From assembly GCA_963776245.1 (NCBI GenBank), contig CAVZLN010000005.1, positions 32,001 through 96,000 of the forward strand: a DNA stretch of 64,000 bases, written 5' to 3'. How positions within the stretch are numbered: the first letter of the stretch is position 1; every line of letters starts with the position of its first letter. The position numbers and the translations under genes were made by a program. This document shows positions 30,792 to 40,931 of the stretch, piece after piece. The stretch comes from Candidatus Eiseniibacteriota bacterium. Lineage in GTDB: Bacteria; Eisenbacteria; RBG-16-71-46. The notes below the pieces were generated by a model, which saw only the letters and a program-made list of their open reading frames with translations, did not search any database and was not told where the DNA came from.

Positions 30792-32800
30792 GTCCGCCTC
30801 CGCGCGAGCACGAGCGCGCCGTGCGCGCCGGCGCGGGCGCGCCAGCCGGGAGGGAGCCACAGCGTGGCGCCCGCGTCGGCCACGATCGCCGGGCCCGCGA
30901 GCCGCCCGCCCGACGCGATCGACGCGCGCGGCACCACGCGGACGGCGAGCGCCCTCCCGTCGTGCCACACCGTGGCGGGCGTGGACGCCCCACCGCCCGG
31001 GCCGCGGGCCGCGCGCGGTGCGGGCGACCGGGACGCGGGCACCTCGCCGCGCACTTCCGCCGTCACCACCTCGATCGCCGCCTCCGGTGTGGCGAAGCCG
31101 AAGCGGCGCGCGTGCTCGCGATGGAAGCGCCGCTCCAGCCCCGGACCGGCGGCCAGCGGCAGTTCGTGCGACTGGCCGCGGTAGCGCGCCTCGACCCAGC
31201 GCGCGAGCCGGACGCGCCCGCGCTCGCCGCGCTCGAAGTCCGCGCGCACCCCGGCCTCGAGCGCGCGGAAGGTGCGCTCCAACGCCGCGCCTGCGCGCGC
31301 GTCGAGCATCACGGTGCGCCCGCGCTCCCGGCGCGCGGGCGCCGCCAGCGCGCCGAGCGCCGAGAGCACGCCCGCGTGCGCGGGGAACAGCACCCGGGCG
31401 CAACCGAGCGACTCCGCGAGCGCGCACGCGTGCAGTCCGCCGGCCCCTCCGAACGCCACCAGCACCGCGTCCCGCGGGTCGTGCCCGCTCTCGACCGAGA
31501 CCCGCCGCAGCGCCCCCTCCATGTGCGCGTCGGCGAGCGCGACCACCCCGACGGCCGCCGCGCGCGCGTCGCGCAGTCCGAGTGCCCGCGCCAGTTCCGC
31601 GAGCGCGCGCGCGGCGGCGGCGCGGTCGAGCGGGAAGGCGCCGTCGCCGAGGGTGTCGAACGGGATGCGCCCGAGCGTCACCAGCGCGTCGGTCACGGTG
31701 GCGGGCCCGCCCCGTCCATAGCAGGCGGGACCGGGATCGGCGCCGGCGCTCCCCGGGCCCACCCGCAGCAGTCCGTGGTCGGCGCGCGCGATCGAGCCCC
31801 CGCCGGCGCCCACGGTGTGCACGTCGAGCATGGGCAGCAGCACCGGCACCCCCGCGATCTCGCGCGCGCGGCGGCGGGGGAGCGCGCCCTCCACGTACGC
31901 CACGTCGGTCGAAGTGCCGCCGACGTCGAGCGTCAGGGCGCGCGCGAAACCGCCACGGCGGGCCGCGGACCACGCCGCCTCGAGACCCGCGGCGGGCCCG
32001 GAGAGCAGCTGGCGCACCGGCTCCCGCGCGGCCCGCGCGGGCGGCGCGGTGCCGCCGTGCGAGAGCACGATCTCGAGCCGCGCCGGCGTGCCGCGGGCGA
32101 GTGCTTCGATGGAGCGGGCCACTCCCGGCATCAGCGCGGCGTTGGCGACCGTGGTGGCGAAGCGCTCGTACTCGCGGAACTCGGGGCACAGCGCGCTCGA
32201 GAGCGTCAGGGGCACGCCGAGCCGCGCCAGCGCGCGGCCCAGCGCCCGCTCGTGCGCCGGGTTCGCGTAGGCGTGCAGCAGGCCCACCGCGACCGCCTCG
32301 GGCCGCGCGCGGGACACCGCGCGCACCGTGGCCGCCACGGCCGCGGGCGTCAGCGGGGCGAGCACCTGCCCCGCGGGGCCGGTCCGCTCGGCGACCCCGA
32401 TGCGCCGCGCCGCGGGGACCAGCGGCGCGGGGCGGCGTGGCGCCAGGTCGTAGAGTCGCGGCCGGTCCTGGCGCCCGATCTCGAGCACGTCCTCGAAGCC
32501 CGCGGTGGTCACGAACACCACCCGCGCGAGGGTGCGGCCGAGCAGCGCGTTGGTCGCCACCGTGGAGCCATGCCGCACGCGCGTCGCGCGCGTGACCGCC
32601 AGCCGCGCGAGGCCGTCGAGCACCGCGCGCTCGGGCCGGCGCGGCGTGGAGGGGAGCTTCAGCGCCACCAGCCTTCCGCCCACCCGCGCGACGAAGTCGG
32701 TGAAGGTGCCGCCGGTGTCCACGCCCACCGCGACGGGCGCGCGCGGCGCCGGGAGGCGCGGGCGCCGTCGCGGAGCGCGAACGCGCGGCGCGCGGCTCAC
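30788..32800 (-). CDS. Hydantoinase A/5-oxoprolinase subunit
   Basis: VDTGGTFTD, HGSTVATN, SGPAAG, DVGGTSTD, GAGGGS. Confidence 0.92.
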   Translation of the reverse strand: MSRAPRVRAPRRRPRLPAPRAPVAVGVDTGGTFTDFVARVGGRLVALKLPSTPRRPERAVLDGLARLAVTRATRVRHGSTVATNALLGRTLARVVFVTTAGFEDVLEIGRQDRPRLYDLAPRRPAPLVPAARRIGVAERTGPAGQVLAPLTPAAVAATVRAVSRARPEAVAVGLLHAYANPAHERALGRALARLGVPLTLSSALCPEFREYERFATTVANAALMPGVARSIEALARGTPARLEIVLSHGGTAPPARAAREPVRQLLSGPAAGLEAAWSAARRGGFARALTLDVGGTSTDVAYVEGALPRRRAREIAGVPVLLPMLDVHTVGAGGGSIARADHGLLRVGPGSAGADPGPACYGRGGPATVTDALVTLGRIPFDTLGDGAFPLDRAAAARALAELARALGLRDARAAAVGVVALADAHMEGALRRVSVESGHDPRDAVLVAFGGAGGLHACALAESLGCARVLFPAHAGVLSALGALAAPARRERGRTVMLDARAGAALERTFRALEAGVRADFERGERGRVRLARWVEARYRGQSHELPLAAGPGLERRFHREHARRFGFATPEAAIEVVTAEVRGEVPASRSPAPRAARGPGGGASTPATVWHDGRALAVRVVPRASIASGGRLAGPAIVADAGATLWLPPGWRARAGAHGALVLARRRT

Positions 32801-33381
32801 GGCGCCGCGCGACGGCGCTTGCGCAGGCGGTCGACCAGCGCGCCCAGCGCGACCGCGGCGATGCCGGCGATGATCAGCCAGCCCGGGATGCGCAACTTCT
32901 GCCCGGCCAGCGCCAGCGCGAAGTAGTAGGGGATCGCACCCAGCAGCACCGCCAGGCCGTAACGCGCGACCGGGTACTCGATGGCGGCGGCCACCAGCTT
33001 GACCGGGGCGTCCGGGATGGGCAGCGCGCGCGCCATCACGATGGCGAGGAACGACGCCGACGGGTACTGGCGCAGCGCGGACTCGAAGCGCTCGCGGGAG
33101 GGCGTCCAGCGTTTCATCCACCGGTGCCCGGAGGCCATCGCCCAGCGCAGCACGGCGAACTGCACCGCGCTTCCCGCGGCGCTCGCCAGGCCGCCGAGGA
33201 CCGCCACGCGCCACGGCTCGTGGAGCCTGCCCGCGAGGTACACGATCGGCGTGGTGAGGAGCGAGAAGGTGGCGCCGTCCACGAACAGGAGAGCGCATAC
33301 CGTGCCGAGGTTCTGGAGCAGACCCTGGATGTGGCGCAGCACGACCTCGACCACGAGCCACCCTCGATTCGCTGGGACCAA
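32797..33381 (-). CDS. VTT/DedA (SNARE-associated) membrane protein (start uncertain)
   Basis: Hydrophobic; ARALPIPD...YPVARYGLAVLLG pattern. Confidence 0.65.
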   Translation of the reverse strand: MVPANRGWLVVEVVLRHIQGLLQNLGTVCALLFVDGATFSLLTTPIVYLAGRLHEPWRVAVLGGLASAAGSAVQFAVLRWAMASGHRWMKRWTPSRERFESALRQYPSASFLAIVMARALPIPDAPVKLVAAAIEYPVARYGLAVLLGAIPYYFALALAGQKLRIPGWLIIAGIAAVALGALVDRLRKRRRAAP

Positions 33382-33450
33382 CGACGAAGCGCCGGCCGCA
33401 CCTTACGGTGCTCCGGCGCTCCGGTTCAACCGTGCGCGTTCCCGGCGCGC

Positions 33451-34882
33451 TCAGCCGGTCGGCGGCGGCGGGTCGTCCGCTCCGGACGGCGGCCGGTAGG
33501 CTTCAGGCGGCGCGGGCGGCGGCAGGAACGTGGCGGAGGATGCGGGCCCGGACGTCGCCGGCGCGCTCGGCACGGGCGGAGCGGCGGGAGCCGCCGGCGC
33601 ATCGGCCGCGGCCGGCTTGCCGTTCTGTCGCCCGGTCCACCAGCGGCGCAGGGGACCCTGCGCGAACTCGTGGCGCACCAGCGCGCCCGCGCCCAGCGTG
33701 CTCACCACACCCAGGGTGAGCCAGGTGATCACCTTGATGAGCGTGCCAAGGCCCTCGAGCACTCCGAAACTGGGGATCTGCTTGAGCAGCGTGCCCACCA
33801 GGAACGCGCCGCCGAGTGTGACGGCGCCGACCGCAGCCGCGGTGGCGAGCGAGGGGGCCGCGACGCCGCGCGCGGCCTGCACGCGCTGGCCGATGGCCGC
33901 GGCGCCGATCGCGAAGCCCCAGACCCACATCAGCGCCACGATCGAGGGATAGGCGAGCAGCAGCACGATCGCGACCGGGATGCCGATGAGGGTGATGCAG
34001 AGCAGCGCCGCCAGCAGCGCCACCGCGATGAACCCGGGCGCCCAGACCAGCGCCACCAGCAGGCCGGTGAGCAACGATTGCCCCGCTTCGTGGCGGAAGC
34101 GCTCGAGCGCGGCCCCGCTGCGGCCGGGAGCGAGCCGGAAGAAGCCCCACGCCAGACTGGTGGTGAGGATGATCCAGAGCAGTGAGCCGAAGATCTTCCG
34201 GACCGGACGGGTGGGATCGACGGACTCGCCCATGGCGCGGTCGCGCAGGTGCAGTCATCTTCCGCTCCCAGTGCCGGTCCTTGGGGCCGAGGGCGGTCAC
34301 GCGCTGCCCGCCCACCTGCGCGCCCGGCTGCTCGTGGAGCTGGCCGCCCATGCAGAACACGTCCCCATCCACGCGCGCGCTGGCATTCAGATAGACGTCG
34401 CCACCCATCGCCTGCACGTCGCCTTCGACATGGCCGTCCACCACGATGTCGCCGCCCATCGCGACCACGTCCCCGGTCACGGTCTGGCTGCTCTCGATGT
34501 GGATGTCCTGGCCGATGCGCATCATGTCGCCCGAGCGGGGGTTGACCACGACCGGGCCGGGCACCACGAGCGGCTCGGGGGGCTCGGGCGGCGCGGGCAC
34601 CGGCGGCACCACGACCGCGGGCCCCGCCGTCTCCGCGGCGCCGCGGCCGCGGGGCAGGCGCCCGCGCTCGAACGCGCGCACGCTCTCGGGCGGGACAGTC
34701 TTGAACTCGAGCGTCTCGGCGGCGAGCGCCTGGCCGACGACCACGCGTCCGGCGAGCGCGAGCGCGCGTCCGGCCACCGTGGCGCCCACGGGCAGAGCCA
34801 GGCATCGCGTGAGGGCCAGCGCCGTCGCGAACATCGCGCACGGCACCAGCACGGCGAGTCCCAACAGCGCCAGTCGTCTCAT
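33451..34882 (-). CDS. Bactofilin-like beta-helix plus multi-TM membrane protein; frameshift near 34250
   Basis: Repeats GDVVAMGGDI/GDVQAMGGDV/GDVFCMGG in one frame; TM region with ITLIGIPVA in ORF 33451..34233. Confidence 0.7.
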
Positions 34883-35946
34883 GATCCAGTCCCTCCGCTC
34901 GTGACGTGGAGATCGCCCGAGGAGCTCTTGAGTTCGATCCGCGCGGCGCCCCGGCCCACGGTGCCGCGCAGCAGATGGCGGGTGACGGTCTTCACCTCGA
35001 GGGGCAGCGCGACATCGAGCGCGCCGCTGGAGGTCTGCAGGTCGACGCTGCCGCCGAATCCCGCGGGCACGTCGAGCGTGGCGTCCCCGCTCACCGTGGT
35101 GACCCCGGCGCGCGCCAGCCCGGGTCGGGCATGGAGGTCGACGTCGCCGCTCGAGGTCGCCACCGCGAGCACGCCCGCGACGCCCCGTGCGGTGACATCG
35201 CCGCTGGTGGTGGTCACCCGCAGCGTCTTCGGGGAGCCGTCCACCTCGACCTCGCCGCTCACCGTGCCGAGCTCCAGCGAGTCGGCCGCGCCCTTCACCG
35301 TGATGCTCCCGCTGGTGGTGGCCGCGTCGAGCGCGCCCGTCGCACGGTCCACCGAGATGTCGCCGCTGACGCTGCGCAGCCGGGCGGCGGCGAGGCCGGC
35401 GGCCTCGATGTCCCCGCTGGTGGCGGTGGCCTGGACCCGCCCGGTGGCGCCCTCGACCCGGATGTCGCCGCTGGTGGTGGCGAGTCGCTGGGTCCCGGCC
35501 AGGCCGGCGGTGCTCAGGTCGCCGCTGGCGGAGCGCATCTCGACCGCGACCCCGGGAGGGACCTCGATGGAGAGCTGCATGTCCACCCGGGGAGTGTCGA
35601 ACCCGGAGCACAGTTCGAGGAAGGAGATGCGCATCGCCGGCCCCTGCGGGTAGCGCACCTGGATCACTAGGACGTCGCCCTCGCGCGAGGCCTCGAGGCG
35701 GGTCTCGCGAGCCAGGCGCTCGCGCTCCGACCGCGTGGCGCGCACCTGCTTGAGGGCCCACAGGTGGACCTGGCCGTCGCCGGAGCGTTTCACCTCGGCG
35801 GATCCCCGCGGATTCTCGACCCGCAGGGTGCGCAGGCCGGTCGCGTCGAAGGCCCGGTCGCTCCGCTGGCTGAGCACGTCCCGGGCGGCGTCCGCCGGGC
35901 TGGCGATGGCCGCGGCGAACAGCGCGGCGAGGATGACTCGTCTCAT
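34879..35946 (-). CDS. DUF4097/putative-adhesin beta-strand repeat protein
   Basis: Signal peptide; many T(T/V)SG(D/S)(I/V) repeats. Confidence 0.85.
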   Translation of the reverse strand: MRRVILAALFAAAIASPADAARDVLSQRSDRAFDATGLRTLRVENPRGSAEVKRSGDGQVHLWALKQVRATRSERERLARETRLEASREGDVLVIQVRYPQGPAMRISFLELCSGFDTPRVDMQLSIEVPPGVAVEMRSASGDLSTAGLAGTQRLATTSGDIRVEGATGRVQATATSGDIEAAGLAAARLRSVSGDISVDRATGALDAATTSGSITVKGAADSLELGTVSGEVEVDGSPKTLRVTTTSGDVTARGVAGVLAVATSSGDVDLHARPGLARAGVTTVSGDATLDVPAGFGGSVDLQTSSGALDVALPLEVKTVTRHLLRGTVGRGAARIELKSSSGDLHVTSGGTGS

Positions 35947-36150
35947 GTCTGGACCCTCCGTCGTTCGCATGGTCTACGGCGCCGGGCGGGAATGGGTTGC
36001 GGGAAGTTCGAGGGCCAGCCGGGGTTGCGGGATCGGGCCCTGGATGGCCGGGGCCGGTCCGACCGGCGCCCGGGCCCAAATGCCGGGAGGGGAGCCTCCT
36101 CGCGGAGCCTCCCCTCTGGCTTGTTCTTCCTTCGAATGGGTCACGAGGCC

Positions 36151-36330
36151 TTACTTCACCATCGTGTCCGCAGCCGCGGAATCCATCGGCATGCTGGTGG
36201 CCGTATCGGCCGGAGCCGCCGTCTCGACAGGCGGCGCCGCCTCCTCAGCCTTCTTCGCACAACCCACCACGGCGAGAGCGACAGTCATCGCCAGAAGGGC
36301 GACCATCGCGAGCGTGAAAAGCTTACGCAT
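36151..36330 (-). CDS. Small 59-aa lipoprotein with Ala/Pro-rich tail
   Basis: AGGAGGTG RBS; MRKLFTLAMV...VVGC lipobox; hairpin downstream at about 36086-36116. Confidence 0.8.
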   Translation of the reverse strand: MRKLFTLAMVALLAMTVALAVVGCAKKAEEAAPPVETAAPADTATSMPMDSAAADTMVK

Positions 36331-36532
36331 CGTTGTTCTACTCACCTCCTCTCGGTCTCGCCGCGCCGGATTCGGATCCAAACGCGGCCATGCATTCTCA
36401 GTCGAATTCGCAAATACACGCAGACACCCACCTGAAGGGGCGTGACACTGGCAGCGTCCTTGCGCGTTTCCGAGTTGTCGGTGCTGGGGGAGCGCTAGGT
36501 GCATGCCCTCGGGACGGGCAGTAAGCGGGCAC

Positions 36533-36561
36533 ACGTTAGGTGTGCCCCCGCGGGTTGTCAA
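36533..36561 (-). promoter_or_regulatory. Sigma70 promoter of the small lipoprotein, overlapped by an inverted repeat
   Basis: TTGACA, 17 nt spacer, TAACGT; GGGCACAC-N5-GTGTGCCC at 36527-36547 spans the -10. Confidence 0.65.
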
Positions 36562-36614
36562 GTCGGATTGTCCATCCGGGCCCGTGCGCTCCGGTCCGGG
36601 CCAAAGCTCTGCCC

Positions 36615-37787
36615 TCAAAGTCCTTGGAGCGCCTGGTCGAGATCGTTCTGGAGGTCGGCGACGTCCTCGATGCCGACCGAAAGGCGCAGCAGGCCGTCCG
36701 CGAACCCCATCGCCAGACGCGCCTCGCGGGGCACCGAGGCGTGCGTCATGGAGGCCGGGTGGCACACCAGGCTCTCGACGCCTCCCAGGCTCTCGGCCCG
36801 GGTGAACAGCCGGAAACGGTCGAACACCTTGCGCCCCGCCTCGAGCGAGCCGTCCGCCGGGATGAACGAGATCATGCCGCCGAAACCCGAGGTCTGGCGC
36901 TTGGCCAGCTCGTGCTGCGGGTGGGACGCCAGGCCGGGGTAGAACACGTGCGACACCTTCGGATGCCGGGCCAGCGCTCCGGCCAGCGCCCTGGCATTCT
37001 CCTCGTGGCGCTTCATGCGCACCGCGAGGGTCTTGGTGCCGCGCAGGCACAGCCAGCAGTCCCAGGGCCCCGGCACCGCGCCGGCCGCGTTCTGCAGGAA
37101 GCGCAGCGATTCGGCGAGGTCCTCGCGGCTGGTGATGAGGGCGCCGCCCACCATGTCGCTGTGGCCGTTCAGGTACTTCGTGACCGAGTGGAGCACCACG
37201 TCCGCCCCCAGCGCCAGCGGGCGCTGGAAGTAGGGCGTCATGAAGGTGTTGTCCACCACCGTGGTGATGCCGCGCGCGGCGGCGCGCGCGCTCACCTCGG
37301 CGATGTCGGTGAGCTGCATCATCGGGTTGGTGGGGGTCTCCACGAACAGCATCTTCGTGTTCGCGCGGAACGCGCTCTCGACCGCGCCGGGATCGGAGGC
37401 GCGCACGAACGTGAACTCGAGCCCGAGGCGTTCGAGCACCTTCGTGAACAGGCGGTAGGTGCCGCCGTAGAGGTTGTCCCCCGCCACGACGTGATCGCCC
37501 CGGGAGAGCGTCTGCATCAGGCAGTTGGTCGCCGCGAGCCCCGAGGCGAAGCTGAAACCGTGGGCCCCGCCCTCCAGCGCCGCGAGATTCCGCTCGAGCG
37601 AGAACCGCGTGAGGTTGTGCGTGCGCGCGTACTCGAAGCCCTTGTGGTGGCCGAGGGACTCCTGCGCGTAGGTCGAGGTCTGGTAGACCGGCACCACGAC
37701 CGCGCCGGTGACCGGATCCGCCTCCTGGCCGGCGTGGATCGCCCGGGTGCTGAAGCCCGAGCCGGGTGTCAGCGCGTGATGACTCAT
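36615..37787 (-). CDS. Cystathionine gamma-lyase/synthase
   Basis: YQTSTY, ETPTNP, DNTF, SVTKYLNGHSD, AESLGGVESL. Confidence 0.92.
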   Translation of the reverse strand: MSHHALTPGSGFSTRAIHAGQEADPVTGAVVVPVYQTSTYAQESLGHHKGFEYARTHNLTRFSLERNLAALEGGAHGFSFASGLAATNCLMQTLSRGDHVVAGDNLYGGTYRLFTKVLERLGLEFTFVRASDPGAVESAFRANTKMLFVETPTNPMMQLTDIAEVSARAAARGITTVVDNTFMTPYFQRPLALGADVVLHSVTKYLNGHSDMVGGALITSREDLAESLRFLQNAAGAVPGPWDCWLCLRGTKTLAVRMKRHEENARALAGALARHPKVSHVFYPGLASHPQHELAKRQTSGFGGMISFIPADGSLEAGRKVFDRFRLFTRAESLGGVESLVCHPASMTHASVPREARLAMGFADGLLRLSVGIEDVADLQNDLDQALQGL

Positions 37788-39175
37788 CAGTCCCCTCCCG
37801 CGATGAACTGGAGCATGTCGAAACGGGTCAGGACCCCGGTGATGACGCCATGGTCGCGCACCAGCACCGCCGGGTTGCGCGCCGCCATCAGCCGCGTGAC
37901 CTCGTCGGCCGAGGCGTCCCGCTCCACCACCGGCAGCGGCTCGGACATCACGGTGTCGCAGCGATGGTCGAGCGACTTCGCGTCCTCGAGCACGCGCTTG
38001 AGCACGTCGCTGTCGTGGAGCGTGCCCACCAGCTTCTCGCCGGCGAAGACCGGGATCTGGGAGATGTCGTGCTGCTGCACGATGGCGAGCGCCTTGCGCA
38101 GCGGGTCGTGCGCCTGGATCGCGATCAGCGAGGGCAGCTTGCCCTTGCCCGCGAGCACCGCTCCGACCCGCGTCACCACCGGATCGAGCAGGTGGTTGTC
38201 GCGCATCCAGTCGTCGTTGTGGACCTTGGTGAGGTAGCGCTCGCCGGTGTCCGGCAGCAGCACCACCACCAGGTCGCCGTCCTTCGCGGCCTTCGCGACC
38301 TCGATGGCGACCCAGGTCGCCATGCCCGCCGAGCCCCCCACGAAGATGGCCTCCTCGCGCGCGAGCCGGCGCGCCATGTTGAGGCCGTCACGGTCGGAGC
38401 AGGACAGCAGGCGGTCGATGACGCTGAAGTCCATCGCGGTCGGGATCATGTCCTCCCCGACGCCCTCGATCTTGTAGGGATGACCCTCGATCAGTTCTCC
38501 GGTCTCCTTGTAGTGGCGCAGGATCGAGCCCACCGGATCGGCCCCGATCACCTCGATCCGCGGGTTCTTCTCCTTCAGGAACTTCCCGATCCCCGAGATC
38601 GTGCCGCCGGTGCCCGGTCCGGCGACGAAGTGCGTGACGCGGCCCCGGGTCTGCTCCCAGATCTCCGGGCCGGTGGTGCGGTAGTGCGCCGCCGGGTTGT
38701 TGAGGTTGTGATACTGGTTCATCAGGTACGCGCCCGGGCGCTCCGCCGCGATCCGCTTGGCCACCGAGTAGAAGGACTCGGGAGAGTCGGCCGCGACCGA
38801 GGTCGGCGTGATCACGACCTCCGCGCCGTAGGCCTTGAGCAGGTTGATCTTCTCGATCGAGACCTTGTCGGGCATCACGAACACGGCGCGGTAGCCCTGC
38901 ACCGCGGCGTACATGGCGAGCCCCACGCCGGTGTTGCCCGAGGTGCACTCCACGATCGTGCCGCCCGGCTTCAGATGCCCCTCGCGCTCCGCCGCCTGCA
39001 CCATCGCGGGGGCGATGCGGTCCTTGACGCTTCCGCCGGGGTTGAAGAACTCGAGCTTCCCGAGCACCGGCACCGCGACGTCCTGCGTGACCTTGCGGAG
39101 GCGGACGAGCGGGGTGTTGCCCACGGTGTCGAGGATGGTCTCGTGGTACTGCAGTCCGTCGAGGACGTGGCTCAA
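37787..39175 (-). CDS. Cystathionine beta-synthase with C-terminal CBS domains
   Basis: GNTPLV, KLEFFNPGGSVKDR, TSGNTG, GTGGT, PDTGERY; CBS domain pair. Confidence 0.92.
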   Translation of the reverse strand: MSHVLDGLQYHETILDTVGNTPLVRLRKVTQDVAVPVLGKLEFFNPGGSVKDRIAPAMVQAAEREGHLKPGGTIVECTSGNTGVGLAMYAAVQGYRAVFVMPDKVSIEKINLLKAYGAEVVITPTSVAADSPESFYSVAKRIAAERPGAYLMNQYHNLNNPAAHYRTTGPEIWEQTRGRVTHFVAGPGTGGTISGIGKFLKEKNPRIEVIGADPVGSILRHYKETGELIEGHPYKIEGVGEDMIPTAMDFSVIDRLLSCSDRDGLNMARRLAREEAIFVGGSAGMATWVAIEVAKAAKDGDLVVVLLPDTGERYLTKVHNDDWMRDNHLLDPVVTRVGAVLAGKGKLPSLIAIQAHDPLRKALAIVQQHDISQIPVFAGEKLVGTLHDSDVLKRVLEDAKSLDHRCDTVMSEPLPVVERDASADEVTRLMAARNPAVLVRDHGVITGVLTRFDMLQFIAGGD

Positions 39176-39337
39176 GGGGCGGCTCCTGTGCGGGGATGAC
39201 CGGCGATGGGTGATCGGGCCGGCGCGCCTCCCGGCGACCCGTACGACGGGGCGGGATGAGGCCGCATGCTCTGGGCCGGGCGGCGAGTCTAGGCGCGCGC
39301 GAGCCGTGGCGTCAACGGAACCGCCCCGGAGACGGAA

Positions 39338-39363
39338 CGCGGGGCCCCGTGAGGGGCCCCGCG
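39338..39363 (-). terminator. GC hairpin downstream of the selenoprotein gene
   Basis: cgcggggcccc-gtga-ggggccccgcg; weak U-tract. Confidence 0.5.
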
Positions 39364-39394
39364 CGGATCGCATCGCGAGCGTGCGGTGCGGGTG

Positions 39395-40825
39395 CTACCT
39401 GGTCGTCCCCGGCGATGGCTTCATCCCGCGGTTCTGGGGCAGCGGGGGGAGCGTGGCGGGAACGTGATGCAGGATGTGCGGCTGGTAGACCGCGAACGAG
39501 AATGCCGGACTGTTGCTGGCGGTGTGGCACTGCCCACACGTGGCCTCGGTGACGCGGCGCGGGCTGGTGGTGTACGCCTCGTGCTGCGTGCCCATGCCGT
39601 GGCAGTTCTCGCACTGCACGTTGGACATCGCCGGGGTGATGACGATGCTCTGGAACCCGCCCGGCTTCTTGTAGCCCACGACGTGGCAGGAGACGCAGTC
39701 CGCGTCGTTCTCCTTCTTGGCGTCCACCAGGGTCTTCCACGCGCGCGCGTGCGCCGTGGTCTTCCACTGCTCGGTCTCGGCCTTGTGGCAGCGCTCGCAC
39801 ACCGCCACGCCGACGTAACGATCGGGGTTGTTCTCGGCCGAGGTCAGCGCGCGCTGGGCCGCCTGTTCCTTCTCGACCTTGCGCGTGCGCTCGTTCAGGT
39901 TGTCCTCGAACTGCTTCACCAGGCTCTGGATCTCGGGTTTGTCCGGGAGCGCGGGACCGAGCTCGATGACCTCGGCGGCGGAGGACGCGACCTTCTTGCC
40001 CCCGGGCGCCAGCGTCACGACGGTGCGGCCCACGTACTGCCCCTGCTCTCCGCCATAGACCGCCAGGGTGGCCTTGATGAGCCGGCCCTGCTGGATCAGG
40101 GGCGTGTTCCGGCCCACGATCATCACGTCGATCCCGTCGACCGCGGTGCACAGATCCTCGCCCTCGGTCCGGCCCAGCGTCGAGAGCGCCACCACCACCG
40201 TGGCGCCGCGCTTGCGGAGATCGGCGATGGCCCGGCGGGCCGCGCCCGCGGGCTCGAGCGCGGTGAGCGAATCCCGCGCCGGTCCGAGGTCACCCTTGTC
40301 GGTGATCAGACCGAAGAACCCGACCTTCACGCCGCCCTTCTGCACCACGACCGAAGCCGGGAACACGGGCTTGCTGGTGGCCTTGTACACCAGGTTGGCG
40401 CATACCACCGGCAGCTTGTTGGCGCGCGCGTTCTCGGTCAGATACGCGATGCCGTAGCGCAGGTCGCGCTCGCCCACGCCGACCGCGTCGGCGCCGAGGA
40501 GCACCATGACCTGCTGGATGAACCACGCCGCGTCCTTGTGCAGGTCGTCCTCGGCGAAGTAACCGCCGGCATCGACGAGGAACACCTGCCCATACTGCGC
40601 CTTCAGGCTGTCCACGAGGCTGGCCCGCCGGGCCAGACCACCCTTGGGCGTGTGTCAGCCGCAGGGGCTGGTCTTGCCTTTGACGTCCTGGGTCGAAAGG
40701 ATCACGACCTTGTCGGGCTGCAGCGGGACGCCGGGCTTCACGGGAGCGGTCGCGCCGAGCAGCAACAGCACGGCGAGCGCGCCCACCACCAGCGTGGCCG
40801 GGCCACGGTTCACCAACGACTTCAT
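39395..40825 (-). CDS. Putative selenoprotein: UshA-like (CxU) domain fused to tetraheme c554-like cytochrome, 476 aa, Sec UGA at 40655-40657
   Basis: ORFs 40655..40903 and 39395..40615 share a frame: ...KTSPCG-TGA-HTPKGGLARRA...DAGG; signal peptide; CERCH, CVSCH, CENCH, CGQCH. Confidence 0.85.
40618..40657 (-). promoter_or_regulatory. Putative bacterial SECIS element
   Basis: UGA, then hairpin GG(U)CUGGCCC-GGC-GGGCCAG-CC with the apical G 25 nt after the UGA. Confidence 0.7.
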
Positions 40826-40931
40826 GCGATTCGTTCTCCGGGAGGAGGGTCGCTGCAGACGGCCGATGGAAGACGACGACGCGGGCACGAGTCTAGAGGG
40901 CAACGTGCGCGAGCGTCAAGGCTGCGGCGGG

